Below, in pieces: positions 1 through 7,726 of a stretch of DNA of 27,591 nt. The notes below the pieces were generated by a model that saw only the letters and a list, made by a program, of their open reading frames with translations, had not been told where the DNA came from and ran no database searches. Position numbers and translations under genes: made by a program. Each line of letters starts with the position of its first letter. Within the stretch, counting starts at the first letter, position 1. Source of the DNA: a virus (lineage: Duplodnaviria; Caudoviricetes); IMG/VR virus record IMGVR_UViG_3300049437_000260, positions 1 to 27,591 of that record; one strand, written 5' to 3'.

Positions 1-951
1 ATGAATGTCTTCTTTGAGACGCCCGACCAAATCGTCGCCGCCTACAAAAATGGCCTGCCCGGATGGCAGTTTTGCGAGGCGACGATGGACAGGCTGATGG
101 CCGAACGGAAGGTTTTGCTATTCGCCGAGGCGGCGGTGCATCTGGACGGCATCGGCAAGGGAAAATTGGCTCTGCTGTGGCGGAGCCGTGAAAAATATGA
201 TCCCGGCGCGTTCGGCCAGGAGTCTCAGACACGGGGATCGTGTGTCTCGCACGGATCTCGCAACGCCCGCGACACGACCCGCGCGGTCGAAATCCATATC
301 AAGGGCGAGGCCGAGGAATATTACCAGCGCGGAGCGACCGAGCCGACCTATGCATCCCGCGGACACAACAGCGAGGGGATGGACCCGGCCGCGGCCGCTC
401 GATTCGAGGTGGATACAGGCTTTTTGTTCCGTGACAAGTATCCATTTGCCGACCTGTCGCAACTCAACGAAGAGCTAGCCGATCCGCGATTTTTGACGGA
501 AGAGGTGCTTGCCGCCTGTCGCGAGCACAACGTCGGCCGATGGGTCGCGCCGACGACTGTCGATCAGGTCAAGGACCTTTTGTACGCCGGGTACGCCCTG
601 CATAGCGGCCAGAACTTCGGCGTTCGTGAAACGTCGGATGAGCGGGGCGTCGCCGTGCCGAGCGGCTCATGGTCGCACGACATGGCCACGGTCGGCTACG
701 ACGACACGCGCGAAGTTTATCCGGCCTGCGTGTTTTTGATCGCCAATTCATGGGGGCGATGGAATCAGAAGCCCAAAGTCTGGCCGGAAGATCGTTGCGG
801 TCCGTGGCCAGAAGGTTCGTTCTGGGTCGAGGAAGATGTGTACGCCCGCTATTTCGTTGGTAGCCGGAGCATTTTTGCATACTGTGACATCAGCGGGGTG
901 CCACAAAAAATGCTGCCGGACTATGGAAACCTTTCCAAAGTACTGGGGTGA
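1..951 (+). CDS. Papain-like (C1 family) cysteine peptidase, candidate phage lytic enzyme
   Basis: Catalytic motifs in papain order: Q-T-R-G-S-C (oxyanion Gln and catalytic Cys), WSHDMATVGYDD (catalytic His followed by VGY), IANSWG (catalytic Asn), then a G-x-F-W motif. No obvious signal peptide. Confidence 0.85.
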   Translation: MNVFFETPDQIVAAYKNGLPGWQFCEATMDRLMAERKVLLFAEAAVHLDGIGKGKLALLWRSREKYDPGAFGQESQTRGSCVSHGSRNARDTTRAVEIHIKGEAEEYYQRGATEPTYASRGHNSEGMDPAAAARFEVDTGFLFRDKYPFADLSQLNEELADPRFLTEEVLAACREHNVGRWVAPTTVDQVKDLLYAGYALHSGQNFGVRETSDERGVAVPSGSWSHDMATVGYDDTREVYPACVFLIANSWGRWNQKPKVWPEDRCGPWPEGSFWVEEDVYARYFVGSRSIFAYCDISGVPQKMLPDYGNLSKVLG

Positions 952-954
952 AGC

Positions 955-1527
955 ATGAGACGATGGTGTTGTTTGTGCCTGATGGTGTGCTTGTGTGGCT
1001 GCGACGTGGCTCGAGGCGCGGAGGACTATCGTGACGCTGCGGCTGTGGATTTCGCAGTTGCGACGATGACCGATTCCTCGCAACCGGCGCCGGTGCCTGC
1101 AAAATGTTCGCGCTGCAACGGGACGGGTTGGATCACGCATGGCGATGGCCATCGCACGGTCTGCCCGGATTGCCAGCCCGGCAGCGCAGGCCAATACGGC
1201 AATCCACTGGATACGTATCGTGACACCAAGGAGTTGATCGCCAAGGGCAACGATCTGGCGGATCGCGGCAAGGCGCTGCTCGATGCGGCCGAGGCGGACG
1301 GCAAGATTATACTGGCCGTCCACCTGCCCAAGGTGTTGAAGTCGGCGAAGGCTGCGGACGCAAAGACGGCCGACGATCGAACGACGTGTCCCGGCGGCGT
1401 GTGTCCCTACACGCCGAAGGAAACGCCAAAACCCAAAAACGCTGTCGTTACTCGACGGGAGACTGTCTGGCACAGCGAACGGGTCGTGGAACATCGCCCC
1501 CGGTTGCTTGAAAGGCTACGCCGATGA
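955..1527 (+). CDS. Putative lipoprotein with a DnaJ-like zinc-finger segment
   Basis: Basic N-terminus (MRR), a hydrophobic stretch and a lipobox-like LCGC (Cys16); CSRCNGTG...CPDC motif; a second CPGGVC; basic C-terminal tail RPRLLERLRR. Confidence 0.65.
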   Translation: MRRWCCLCLMVCLCGCDVARGAEDYRDAAAVDFAVATMTDSSQPAPVPAKCSRCNGTGWITHGDGHRTVCPDCQPGSAGQYGNPLDTYRDTKELIAKGNDLADRGKALLDAAEADGKIILAVHLPKVLKSAKAADAKTADDRTTCPGGVCPYTPKETPKPKNAVVTRRETVWHSERVVEHRPRLLERLRR

Positions 1528-1820
1528 CCAGCCCGGGTGTGAATGACACCGCCGAACTGCTGCTGGCTACCGGGATCAAAAAATCCCGGTGGCTGCGGCA
1601 GCGGCCGGATGATGCACGTTGGATGATCGCCGAGGCGGTGCAGTATCTGAAATGCTCGTGCCGGGATGGCAACGAGATCGAACGGATGAAAAAACACTTG
1701 GCCGGCTCGGTCCGTGCCCGATACGGCAATCCGTTGCTGGTATGGTGCCTGTTGAACGTCATTTTGCCGATCGTAGTCAAGCTGGTAATCGAATGGTGGT
1801 TCAATCGTAAGGAGAAATGA
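1524..1820 (+). CDS. Small membrane protein (one C-terminal TM helix), possible lysis accessory
   Basis: ATGA overlap with the upstream stop; hydrophobic PLLVWCLLNVILPIVVKLVIEWWF followed by a basic tail. Confidence 0.6.
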   Translation: MTSPGVNDTAELLLATGIKKSRWLRQRPDDARWMIAEAVQYLKCSCRDGNEIERMKKHLAGSVRARYGNPLLVWCLLNVILPIVVKLVIEWWFNRKEK

Positions 1821-1821
1821 C

Positions 1822-2115
1822 GTGTCCAACGTGTTCGAGGTCTGGTCGCCGTTGATCCAGGGCGGGTTCGCCGTCTTCGCCCTGTTGTTGTTGGCCATCA
1901 ACGTCTGGCTGGTCAAGCAACTGCTCCGGGTGTTGAAGGACAACAACCGCGTGATCGCCGGCAACAGCCGGGCCATCGAGTCGGTTGCTGCCGTCGCCAC
2001 GGACACGCGGGGGTTGATGAAGGACATCCGGGATCAGTTGTTGCAACGGCCATGCCTGATGCAGGATGAGGGCCTGACTGAACGGAACTGCGGCAATTGC
2101 ACGTTGGAAACGTGA
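1822..2115 (+). CDS. Holin-like membrane protein (N-terminal TM helix plus coiled coil)
   Basis: GTG start with AAGGAG upstream; TM segment LIQGGFAVFALLLLAINVWLV followed by an amphipathic helix. The architecture resembles single-TM holins. Confidence 0.5.
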   Translation: MSNVFEVWSPLIQGGFAVFALLLLAINVWLVKQLLRVLKDNNRVIAGNSRAIESVAAVATDTRGLMKDIRDQLLQRPCLMQDEGLTERNCGNCTLET

Positions 2116-2190
2116 TCGACAAGGCAAGGGACGGATCGGCTGGAGCAGTGGCTCTGCCCGGTCTGTCATTTTTTGCGAATGGATGCGAAT

Positions 2191-3471
2191 ATGCAAATTG
2201 ACGTCTGGCCGATCGAGCGAATCAAGGAATACGACCGCAACCCGCGGAAAAACGACGCAGCCGTCGGTCCGGTCGTCGCTTCCATTCGGAAGGTGGGATT
2301 CTTGGTGCCCGTGCTGGTCGATAGCGACGGGGTGCTGATCTGCGGTCACACACGGATCAAGGCAGCTCGACAGGCGGGCTTGTCGGAAGTGCCCGTGATC
2401 CGTGTGGAACACCTGACGCCAGAGCAGGTTCGGGAGTTTCGGATTGCTGAAAACAAACTCCACGAATATTCCTCCTGGGACGAAGGGTTGTTGCTCGAGG
2501 AACTCAAAGACATCTTGAAGACCAAGGTTGAGCCTGAAATCTTGGGGTTCTCGACGGACGAGATCACCAAAATGCTCGACACGGTCGTCAAGGATGGTTT
2601 CGCCGATCCGGATGCAATTCCCGAGCCGCCCGACGAAGCCGTTACAAAACCAGGAGACCTGTGGCTCCTGGGCAGTCATCGTCTGCTCTGCGGCGATAGC
2701 GCTGATCCCAAAGATGTCGATCGGTTACTGGATGGAAAGACCATTCAACTGTGCAATACGGATCCGCCGTATAACGTCAAGGTGGAGCCGCGGAGCAAGA
2801 TTGCCATTGCGGCCGGCAATAGCTCGTTTACGTCCTATCAACGACAGTCCGGCGCCGCCCACCAAAACGCAGAACCGTCCAAGAAACTACGTGCGAAGGA
2901 TCGTCCGCTGGAAAATGATTTTGTTTCGGACGAGGAGTTCGAGCGACTGCTTCATGCGTGGTTCGACAACATTGCGAGAGCACTGGATCCAGGTCGAGGA
3001 TTCTATATTTGGGGCGGATATAGCAACTGCGGGAACTATCCTCCAGTATTGAAAAATCACCACTTGTATCTCTCGCAGGCTATCATTTGGGATAAGGAGC
3101 ACCCAGTTTTATCTCGCAAGGATTACATGGGCGCGCATGAATGGTGTTTCTATGGATGGCGTGAAGGGGCTGCCCACCAATTCTTCGGGCCAAACAACGC
3201 AACCGACCTCTGGCACGTCAAAAAGATCAATCCCAACAAGATGGTGCACTTGACGGAGAAGCCCGTGGAACTGGCCGTCCGTGCCATCCAATATTCATCG
3301 CGGCCGAGTGAAAACGTGATGGACCTGTTCGGCGGCAGCGGCAGTACATTGATCGCTGCCGAGCAAACCAATCGCAAAGCATTCTTGATGGAGATCGATC
3401 CGCTCTATTGTGATGTGATCGTCAATCGGTTCGAGACGTTCACCGGCCAGAAGGCGGCACTCGCAGCCTGA
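2191..3471 (+). CDS. ParB-like N-terminal domain fused to a DNA amino-methyltransferase (N6-A/N4-C, beta order)
   Basis: ParB/Srx-like N-terminus (YDRNPRKND...SIRKVGFLVPVLVD...GHTRIKAA); catalytic DPPY precedes the SAM-binding motif DLFGGSGST; HLTEKPVEL. Start could be 2179 or 2191. Confidence 0.92.
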   Translation: MQIDVWPIERIKEYDRNPRKNDAAVGPVVASIRKVGFLVPVLVDSDGVLICGHTRIKAARQAGLSEVPVIRVEHLTPEQVREFRIAENKLHEYSSWDEGLLLEELKDILKTKVEPEILGFSTDEITKMLDTVVKDGFADPDAIPEPPDEAVTKPGDLWLLGSHRLLCGDSADPKDVDRLLDGKTIQLCNTDPPYNVKVEPRSKIAIAAGNSSFTSYQRQSGAAHQNAEPSKKLRAKDRPLENDFVSDEEFERLLHAWFDNIARALDPGRGFYIWGGYSNCGNYPPVLKNHHLYLSQAIIWDKEHPVLSRKDYMGAHEWCFYGWREGAAHQFFGPNNATDLWHVKKINPNKMVHLTEKPVELAVRAIQYSSRPSENVMDLFGGSGSTLIAAEQTNRKAFLMEIDPLYCDVIVNRFETFTGQKAALAA

Positions 3472-3482
3472 CATCGGAAGGA

Positions 3483-3866
3483 TCACAAAGCATGTGCACG
3501 AAAATACTCGGCAATCTGAACTTTGTCTGCCTGGCCAGTCGCCACCGAGATGGTCAGATCGTACAAGCTGCCCTTGGGCGCGTCGATCTCGATTCCGTTC
3601 AGATCGAGAAACACCAATGCCGTGACGGCTCCTGCGCGTTTGTTGCCGTCGAGGAATGGATGATTCTGAACGATGTGAAACAGGTACGCCGCGGCCATCT
3701 CAAAGACATCTTTGTGCAACAGTTGTCCACCGAACGTTGCCTGGGGTTGCGCGACGGCCGATTCGAGCAAGCCGAGGTCCCGGACTCCATGATCGCCGCC
3801 GTACAGAGCGACTTGATCGGCATGAAGCTCAAGCACGTCTTCGACGCCGAGAAAGTCCGTCATCAT
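3483..3866 (-). CDS. doc: Death-on-curing (Doc/Fic family) toxin
   Basis: GVRDLGLLESAVAQP N-terminal signature and the Doc-type motif HPFLDGNKRAG; 127 aa. Confidence 0.93.
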   Translation of the reverse strand: MMTDFLGVEDVLELHADQVALYGGDHGVRDLGLLESAVAQPQATFGGQLLHKDVFEMAAAYLFHIVQNHPFLDGNKRAGAVTALVFLDLNGIEIDAPKGSLYDLTISVATGQADKVQIAEYFRAHAL

Positions 3867-3869
3867 TGT

Positions 3870-4097
3870 TTACTCCGCCAGACGTCGCAGGTCATCGCCA
3901 TACTTCTTGTTGATCTTGTTCAGGGAGTCGCGCAGTCGCTTCTGACGCGCCTTGTTGCGGACAGGCGAAACCAAAAGCGAATCGCCGTTGGTGGTCACCT
4001 CAAGCGGGGTGTCAGCCGAGATGTCCAGCAACTCGAGGATCGGTTTGTCGATCACCAAGGCCAAGCTATTGCCGTGTCTTATAAGTGTTTTGGTCAT
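3870..4097 (-). CDS. AbrB/MazE/SpoVT-family antitoxin, partner of Doc
   Basis: MTKTLIRHGNSLALVIDKPILELLDI is a swapped-hairpin signature; the C-terminus KYGDDLRRLAE is typical of Doc-associated antidotes. The true start is ATG 4097 with an AGGAG RBS, not 4349. It ends 3 nt before doc. Confidence 0.9.
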   Translation of the reverse strand: MTKTLIRHGNSLALVIDKPILELLDISADTPLEVTTNGDSLLVSPVRNKARQKRLRDSLNKINKKYGDDLRRLAE

Positions 4098-4115
4098 ATG
4101 GCGCTCCTGATAGCC

Positions 4116-4154
4116 GTATACACAAAGTATACACCACCAAAGGGAGCAAAGCAA
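4116..4154 (-). promoter_or_regulatory. Sigma70-type promoter and candidate autorepression operator of the antitoxin-doc operon
   Basis: Minus strand reads TTGCTT (4154-4149), a 17-nt spacer, then TATACT (4131-4126). Two GTATAC palindromes (4116-4121, 4127-4132) lie within an 11-bp-period direct repeat GTATACAC overlapping the -10 and start region. Confidence 0.7.
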
Positions 4155-4191
4155 GTCCTTCTTCGACCTGCAAAAACCGCGGCATCCGGCA

Positions 4192-4401
4192 TTATTTTTC
4201 ATCGCGCAACTCAGGCCAGGGCACGCTTCCTTCAGCGTCGGCAAATCGGCGTTCCAATTCCTCGACAAGTGAATCGTCTTCCAATGACAGGTTCGAACTC
4301 TCTTGAGGAAGCGTGTCCAATAAGCGAGCTGCCAGCTCGAGCCGCTCATGCTCCGGTAATTTCCGAGCGAACATGTAAATCGCTTCCAAAGATGAACTCA
4401 T
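4192..4401 (-). CDS. Putative addiction-module component (TIGR02574-like antitoxin), no adjacent cognate toxin
   Basis: ARKLPEHERLELAARLLDTL...EELERRF...GSVPWPELR matches the family pattern as I recall it; GGGGAGG RBS upstream. Confidence 0.75.
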   Translation of the reverse strand: MSSSLEAIYMFARKLPEHERLELAARLLDTLPQESSNLSLEDDSLVEELERRFADAEGSVPWPELRDEK

Positions 4402-4513
4402 CGCCACCTCCCCGTTCGAAATAGACGACGTTCAATTCGACAGTGTGCCAGAATCCGTGTGAAATGTCGAGCCCATGCCCTTCACCTCGCAGACAAGAAC
4501 TTAGCAGCAAACC

Positions 4514-4900
4514 ATGTCGAACCGCATTTATTATCTGGCAGCCCCGTTTTCTCATCCCGATCCTGAAGTGCGGAAATGGCGATTTGAGGCCACCTGCCGT
4601 GCGGCGGCCGAGTTGATCCGTGCGGGCAGATCGGTATTTTCTCCAATATCGCACACGTACGGCATCTGCCGTTATGGCCTCCCGTTGGATTGGCGATTCT
4701 GGCAACGGCACGACCTGAAGTTTTTGGACATGTGCGATGAGCTCCTCGTCCTGCAACTTCCCAGCTGGGAACAAAGCATTGGAGTGCAGGCCGAGATTGT
4801 GGCCGCCCGGGCGATGGGCAAACCGGTAACGTTCATGGAGCCAGTCGAAGAAACAAACCTCACTCCCGCGGCACATATGGCCAACGCCGCAGAAGAATAG
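4514..4900 (+). CDS. DUF1937-like / nucleoside 2-deoxyribosyltransferase-fold protein
   Basis: YLAAPFSHPD...VFSPISHT...FLDMCDELLVLQLPSWEQSIGVQAEI...ARAMGKPV fits the N-deoxyribosyltransferase-like fold common in phages. Confidence 0.8.
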   Translation: MSNRIYYLAAPFSHPDPEVRKWRFEATCRAAAELIRAGRSVFSPISHTYGICRYGLPLDWRFWQRHDLKFLDMCDELLVLQLPSWEQSIGVQAEIVAARAMGKPVTFMEPVEETNLTPAAHMANAAEE

Positions 4901-4974
4901 GAACAACCCGGCGTGATTATGCGATTGACACTGTTAAACAACATGGTTCAACAAGTCGCCATGTGCCAATATTA

Positions 4975-5205
4975 TCATCGATCACGATCCTTACGAATCA
5001 TTTGGGTGCTGCTGGATAGCCTACGCCCTGCGAGTCGCTCATCCCATTTCCGAAAGAGAGCCTCGATTTGCTCTGAGCCAACCCCCGCAGCGCGCTCTAG
5101 CAATATTGTGATCTCGTTTTGCAGCGATCGGTTGTGTCGGTTCGCCCGGGACTTCAAGCGATTGATCGTTTGCGCGCTCAAACCACGAATGAGAATATCA
5201 GGCAT
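4975..5205 (-). CDS. FitA-like ribbon-helix-helix antitoxin / Arc-family DNA-binding protein
   Basis: MPDILIRGLSAQTINRLKSRANRHNRSLQNEITILLERAA is an RHH signature; the C-terminus SSTQMIRKDRDR is typical of VapC-associated antitoxins. Confidence 0.8.
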   Translation of the reverse strand: MPDILIRGLSAQTINRLKSRANRHNRSLQNEITILLERAAGVGSEQIEALFRKWDERLAGRRLSSSTQMIRKDRDR

Positions 5206-5283
5206 AGCCGTTTTCCTTCGCCGCCTCGATGATTGGCCTTGTTTTCACCAGCAGAATCATATCCATCTCGCAAGGAACCGGCA

Positions 5284-6279
5284 ATGAGAGGTGGTACGCT
5301 TTTCAGCGGAATCGGCGCACCCGAACAAGCGATGCCTTGGGTGGACTGGAAATGGGTCGTCGAAAACGATCCTTTGGCCAACGCCGTCTTGGCAGCTCGG
5401 CATCCGAAAACCAGGAACCTCGGTGACGTGACAAAAGTGAATTGGAATGACATCGCTCACGCCGAACCAGTTGACCTTATGGTCTTCGGAAGCCCCTGCC
5501 AATCGTTTTCCCTTGCCGGAAAACGACGCGGATTGGATGACGCTCGTGGCAACCTGGTCGTCGTCGCCCTTGGCGTTGTGCAAATGGTTCAACCTCGGTG
5601 GTTCGTCTTTGAGAATGTCCCCGGTCTGCTGTCGTCGGGAAATGGACGAGATTTTGGCTCCATCCTCGGGCATGTGGAGAAATGCGGGTATGGGTGGGCC
5701 TACCGGACGCTCGATTCGCAATTCTTCGGCCTGCCTCAACGTCGCAGAAGGCTGTTCCTTGTCGGTTACCGTTCCCCTCATAGCAATTCTGGAGACTGGC
5801 GACCTGCCGCCGCGGTACTTTTTGACAGATCATGCCTGCAACAACATTCTCCGGGAGGCCCAAACGCGCGGTCGGAGACTACCCAATCCGTTGAAAGAAG
5901 CCTTGGAAAGCGTATCGCGTTCTCATTTCAACCTCGCATCGGAAGGTGTGGCCGTGGGCAGCCATCGACCGTGGTGCCGGCACTGGCCGGCAGCAATGCG
6001 GGAGCAACATCCGATTCCCGTCCTTGCGTTGTGATATTGGATCGCATGACCGGCAAATACACCGTCCGCCGGTTGACACCGCGGGAGTGCGAACGTCTCC
6101 AGGGATTTCCCGATGACTACACGCGAGTTCACGTTTACGGCAAGCCTCTGACCGACACACAGCGGTATCAGATGTTGGGCAATAGCATGCCCGTACCGGT
6201 GATCCGCTGGATCGGACATCGAATCATCACGATGGATGCACTGATCGGTCGCCACCATCGAGAATCCCTCGCTGAATGA
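5284..6279 (+). CDS. DNA (cytosine-5) methyltransferase, orphan
   Basis: Motif I LFSGIGA, motif IV GSPCQSFS, motif VI ENVPG, motif VIII PQRRRRLFLVG, motif IX RRLTPRECERLQGFPD and motif X GNSMPV. Start ATG 5284 after AAGGA. Confidence 0.95.
   Translation: MRGGTLFSGIGAPEQAMPWVDWKWVVENDPLANAVLAARHPKTRNLGDVTKVNWNDIAHAEPVDLMVFGSPCQSFSLAGKRRGLDDARGNLVVVALGVVQMVQPRWFVFENVPGLLSSGNGRDFGSILGHVEKCGYGWAYRTLDSQFFGLPQRRRRLFLVGYRSPHSNSGDWRPAAAVLFDRSCLQQHSPGGPNARSETTQSVERSLGKRIAFSFQPRIGRCGRGQPSTVVPALAGSNAGATSDSRPCVVILDRMTGKYTVRRLTPRECERLQGFPDDYTRVHVYGKPLTDTQRYQMLGNSMPVPVIRWIGHRIITMDALIGRHHRESLAE
5447..6034 (+). CDS. Overprinted +1-frame ORF inside the C5 methyltransferase, resembling the beta polypeptide of two-component C5 MTases
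   Basis: 195-codon open frame. It contains CSLS...ILETGDLPPRYFLTDHACNNILREAQTRGRRLPNPLKEAL, which I recognise as a recurrent alternative-frame motif in phage C5 MTase genes. The RBS is weak. Confidence 0.6.
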   Translation: MTSLTPNQLTLWSSEAPANRFPLPENDADWMTLVATWSSSPLALCKWFNLGGSSLRMSPVCCRREMDEILAPSSGMWRNAGMGGPTGRSIRNSSACLNVAEGCSLSVTVPLIAILETGDLPPRYFLTDHACNNILREAQTRGRRLPNPLKEALESVSRSHFNLASEGVAVGSHRPWCRHWPAAMREQHPIPVLAL

Positions 6280-6316
6280 GTTGTCAGAGAAGAGAAAGGG
6301 GCGTAAAACAATGTGG

Positions 6317-6949
6317 CTATCGATTCAACACGAAATTCCCCCGTTCGCTCTTGCGAAAACGCGATGCGTTGCCCTTCTTGCCAATCTCGCGAATCAAGGC
6401 CGCGGCCAATGTGGCCGACGGTGTTCGGCCGGCCGGCTTCCAATAGCCCTTGGCAAACGCCACTTCGACGATCTCCTTGACGTTCATCGGTACGCCGGTG
6501 TCTTCAAGGACCTTGGAGGCTGCATCCAGACCGCTGAGCCGTTTCGGGCGGCTTGGTTTCGCAGAACTATCCTTCTGGAGTTCCGCATTCGTCGCTTTCG
6601 GTTCGTGGCACTTCACGCAGTCACCATCGTCATCAACCTCAGTTGCACCACAATTGACACAGGCGTGCGAGATCGGCTTGGGATCCATCGCCGGTTCAGC
6701 GGGCGTTTCGGGAATTGCTTTTGTCGCCGGCTTGCCGGTGTGTTTGTTCTTGGCCTTCGAAGCCGGGGCATCTTTTCCGGCCACCGATCGCAACCTTGTT
6801 GCCGAGCGTATGCGAACGGATTTTCCAGTTCGCATGTTCAGTCCATCCCACCCGCCATATTTGCTGACGGCATCGATTCGAACCTCAGTCAGCTTGTTGG
6901 TCACTTTCGCAATATACACGCCACCGATTTTGATTTCACTCTTCTTCAT
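6317..6949 (-). CDS. Winged-HTH (HARE-HTH-like) protein with an N-terminal beta domain and a central Zn ribbon
   Basis: C-terminal LSGLDAASKVLEDTGVPMNVKEIV...GRTPSATLAAALIREI...SRFRKSERGNF; central CVNC...CVKC; AAGGAG RBS upstream of ATG 6949. Confidence 0.8.
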   Translation of the reverse strand: MKKSEIKIGGVYIAKVTNKLTEVRIDAVSKYGGWDGLNMRTGKSVRIRSATRLRSVAGKDAPASKAKNKHTGKPATKAIPETPAEPAMDPKPISHACVNCGATEVDDDGDCVKCHEPKATNAELQKDSSAKPSRPKRLSGLDAASKVLEDTGVPMNVKEIVEVAFAKGYWKPAGRTPSATLAAALIREIGKKGNASRFRKSERGNFVLNR

Positions 6950-6979
6950 TGTCAATCTCCTTCTTTTGCAAATGGGTTG

Positions 6980-7387
6980 TTACAACGATTCGAAATACCT
7001 GGCCAGATCCGCCAACGCGCCAAAATAGTCGAAGGCGAATCGGCTTCGCCACGTTTTGAGTTGCGCCTTGGCGGCTTGCGGGTCAATGAGCACGTGGCAG
7101 GCGACGCCATGGCCTTCCGCATCAAAGACAGTCATAAGGTTGTCGATGATCTCGACTGCATGCGGCGCACCCGGCGTCGGCGGTTTAGGACTTTGCGATC
7201 TTCGACCGCCGTGGATCGTGAAGGGCACGCCCGCCTCCTTCAGACGCTCGACCTCAGCCTCGGGGACCGTCAAGTAGGTCTTGCCGATCGAGATAGCAAG
7301 ATCCTCGTCGGACAATGGAAGGTGTTCGAGAGCGGCTTCAATGCTTGGGTACCGGGTGCCGCGAACAGTAATGTCAGGTTTGCACAT
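6980..7387 (-). CDS. Hypothetical phage protein
   Basis: 135 aa ORF with a GGAG RBS, co-oriented between two credible genes; globular composition. Confidence 0.65.
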   Translation of the reverse strand: MCKPDITVRGTRYPSIEAALEHLPLSDEDLAISIGKTYLTVPEAEVERLKEAGVPFTIHGGRRSQSPKPPTPGAPHAVEIIDNLMTVFDAEGHGVACHVLIDPQAAKAQLKTWRSRFAFDYFGALADLARYFESL

Positions 7388-7399
7388 TGTGGTGTTCTC

Positions 7400-7726
7400 C
7401 TATTTGCCGTAAACGTGTTCGGCCAGCCCGGCCGTCAGAAAATTCAAGACTGCCTTGGTCTTTGCCGAGCGGGCCGGCGTGTCCATCCCACGGTCCCAAT
7501 TGAAGACAATTTGCTCGTCCTTCAGTCGGACGATCAGAAGCTTCGAGATCCGGCTGTCGCCGATCTCCCAAGCGGGGTTGTCGGCATGTTCCGGGAATAC
7601 GAGCGCGGAAAAGCGATAGCCCGACACTACGCCGGAAATCCAACTCCCGCCACACGACATGCGGGATTTGATTTTGGTGATTCGCAGGTCGTCTCCAATT
7701 TCGGGGATGTTCGTAGCTTTCTTCAT
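7400..7726 (-). CDS. Conserved hypothetical phage/MGE protein (RISKL...NWDRG motif)
   Basis: 108 aa with a GGAG RBS; motif WISG...FSALVFPEHA...SRISKL...FNWDRGMD. Confidence 0.75.
   Translation of the reverse strand: MKKATNIPEIGDDLRITKIKSRMSCGGSWISGVVSGYRFSALVFPEHADNPAWEIGDSRISKLLIVRLKDEQIVFNWDRGMDTPARSAKTKAVLNFLTAGLAEHVYGK

Noticed and set aside
4098-4349. N-terminal extension of the AbrB-type antitoxin in the ORF track (159 aa)
   Set aside because: The RBS and promoter point to ATG 4097, and the extension overlaps the promoter and another gene.
3492-4424. 310-aa + strand ORF
   Set aside because: Antisense to doc, its antitoxin and the addiction-module gene, all of which have family signatures.
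2191-6279. Restriction-modification defence system
   Set aside because: No endonuclease gene is recognisable next to either methyltransferase; the context fits orphan phage MTases.
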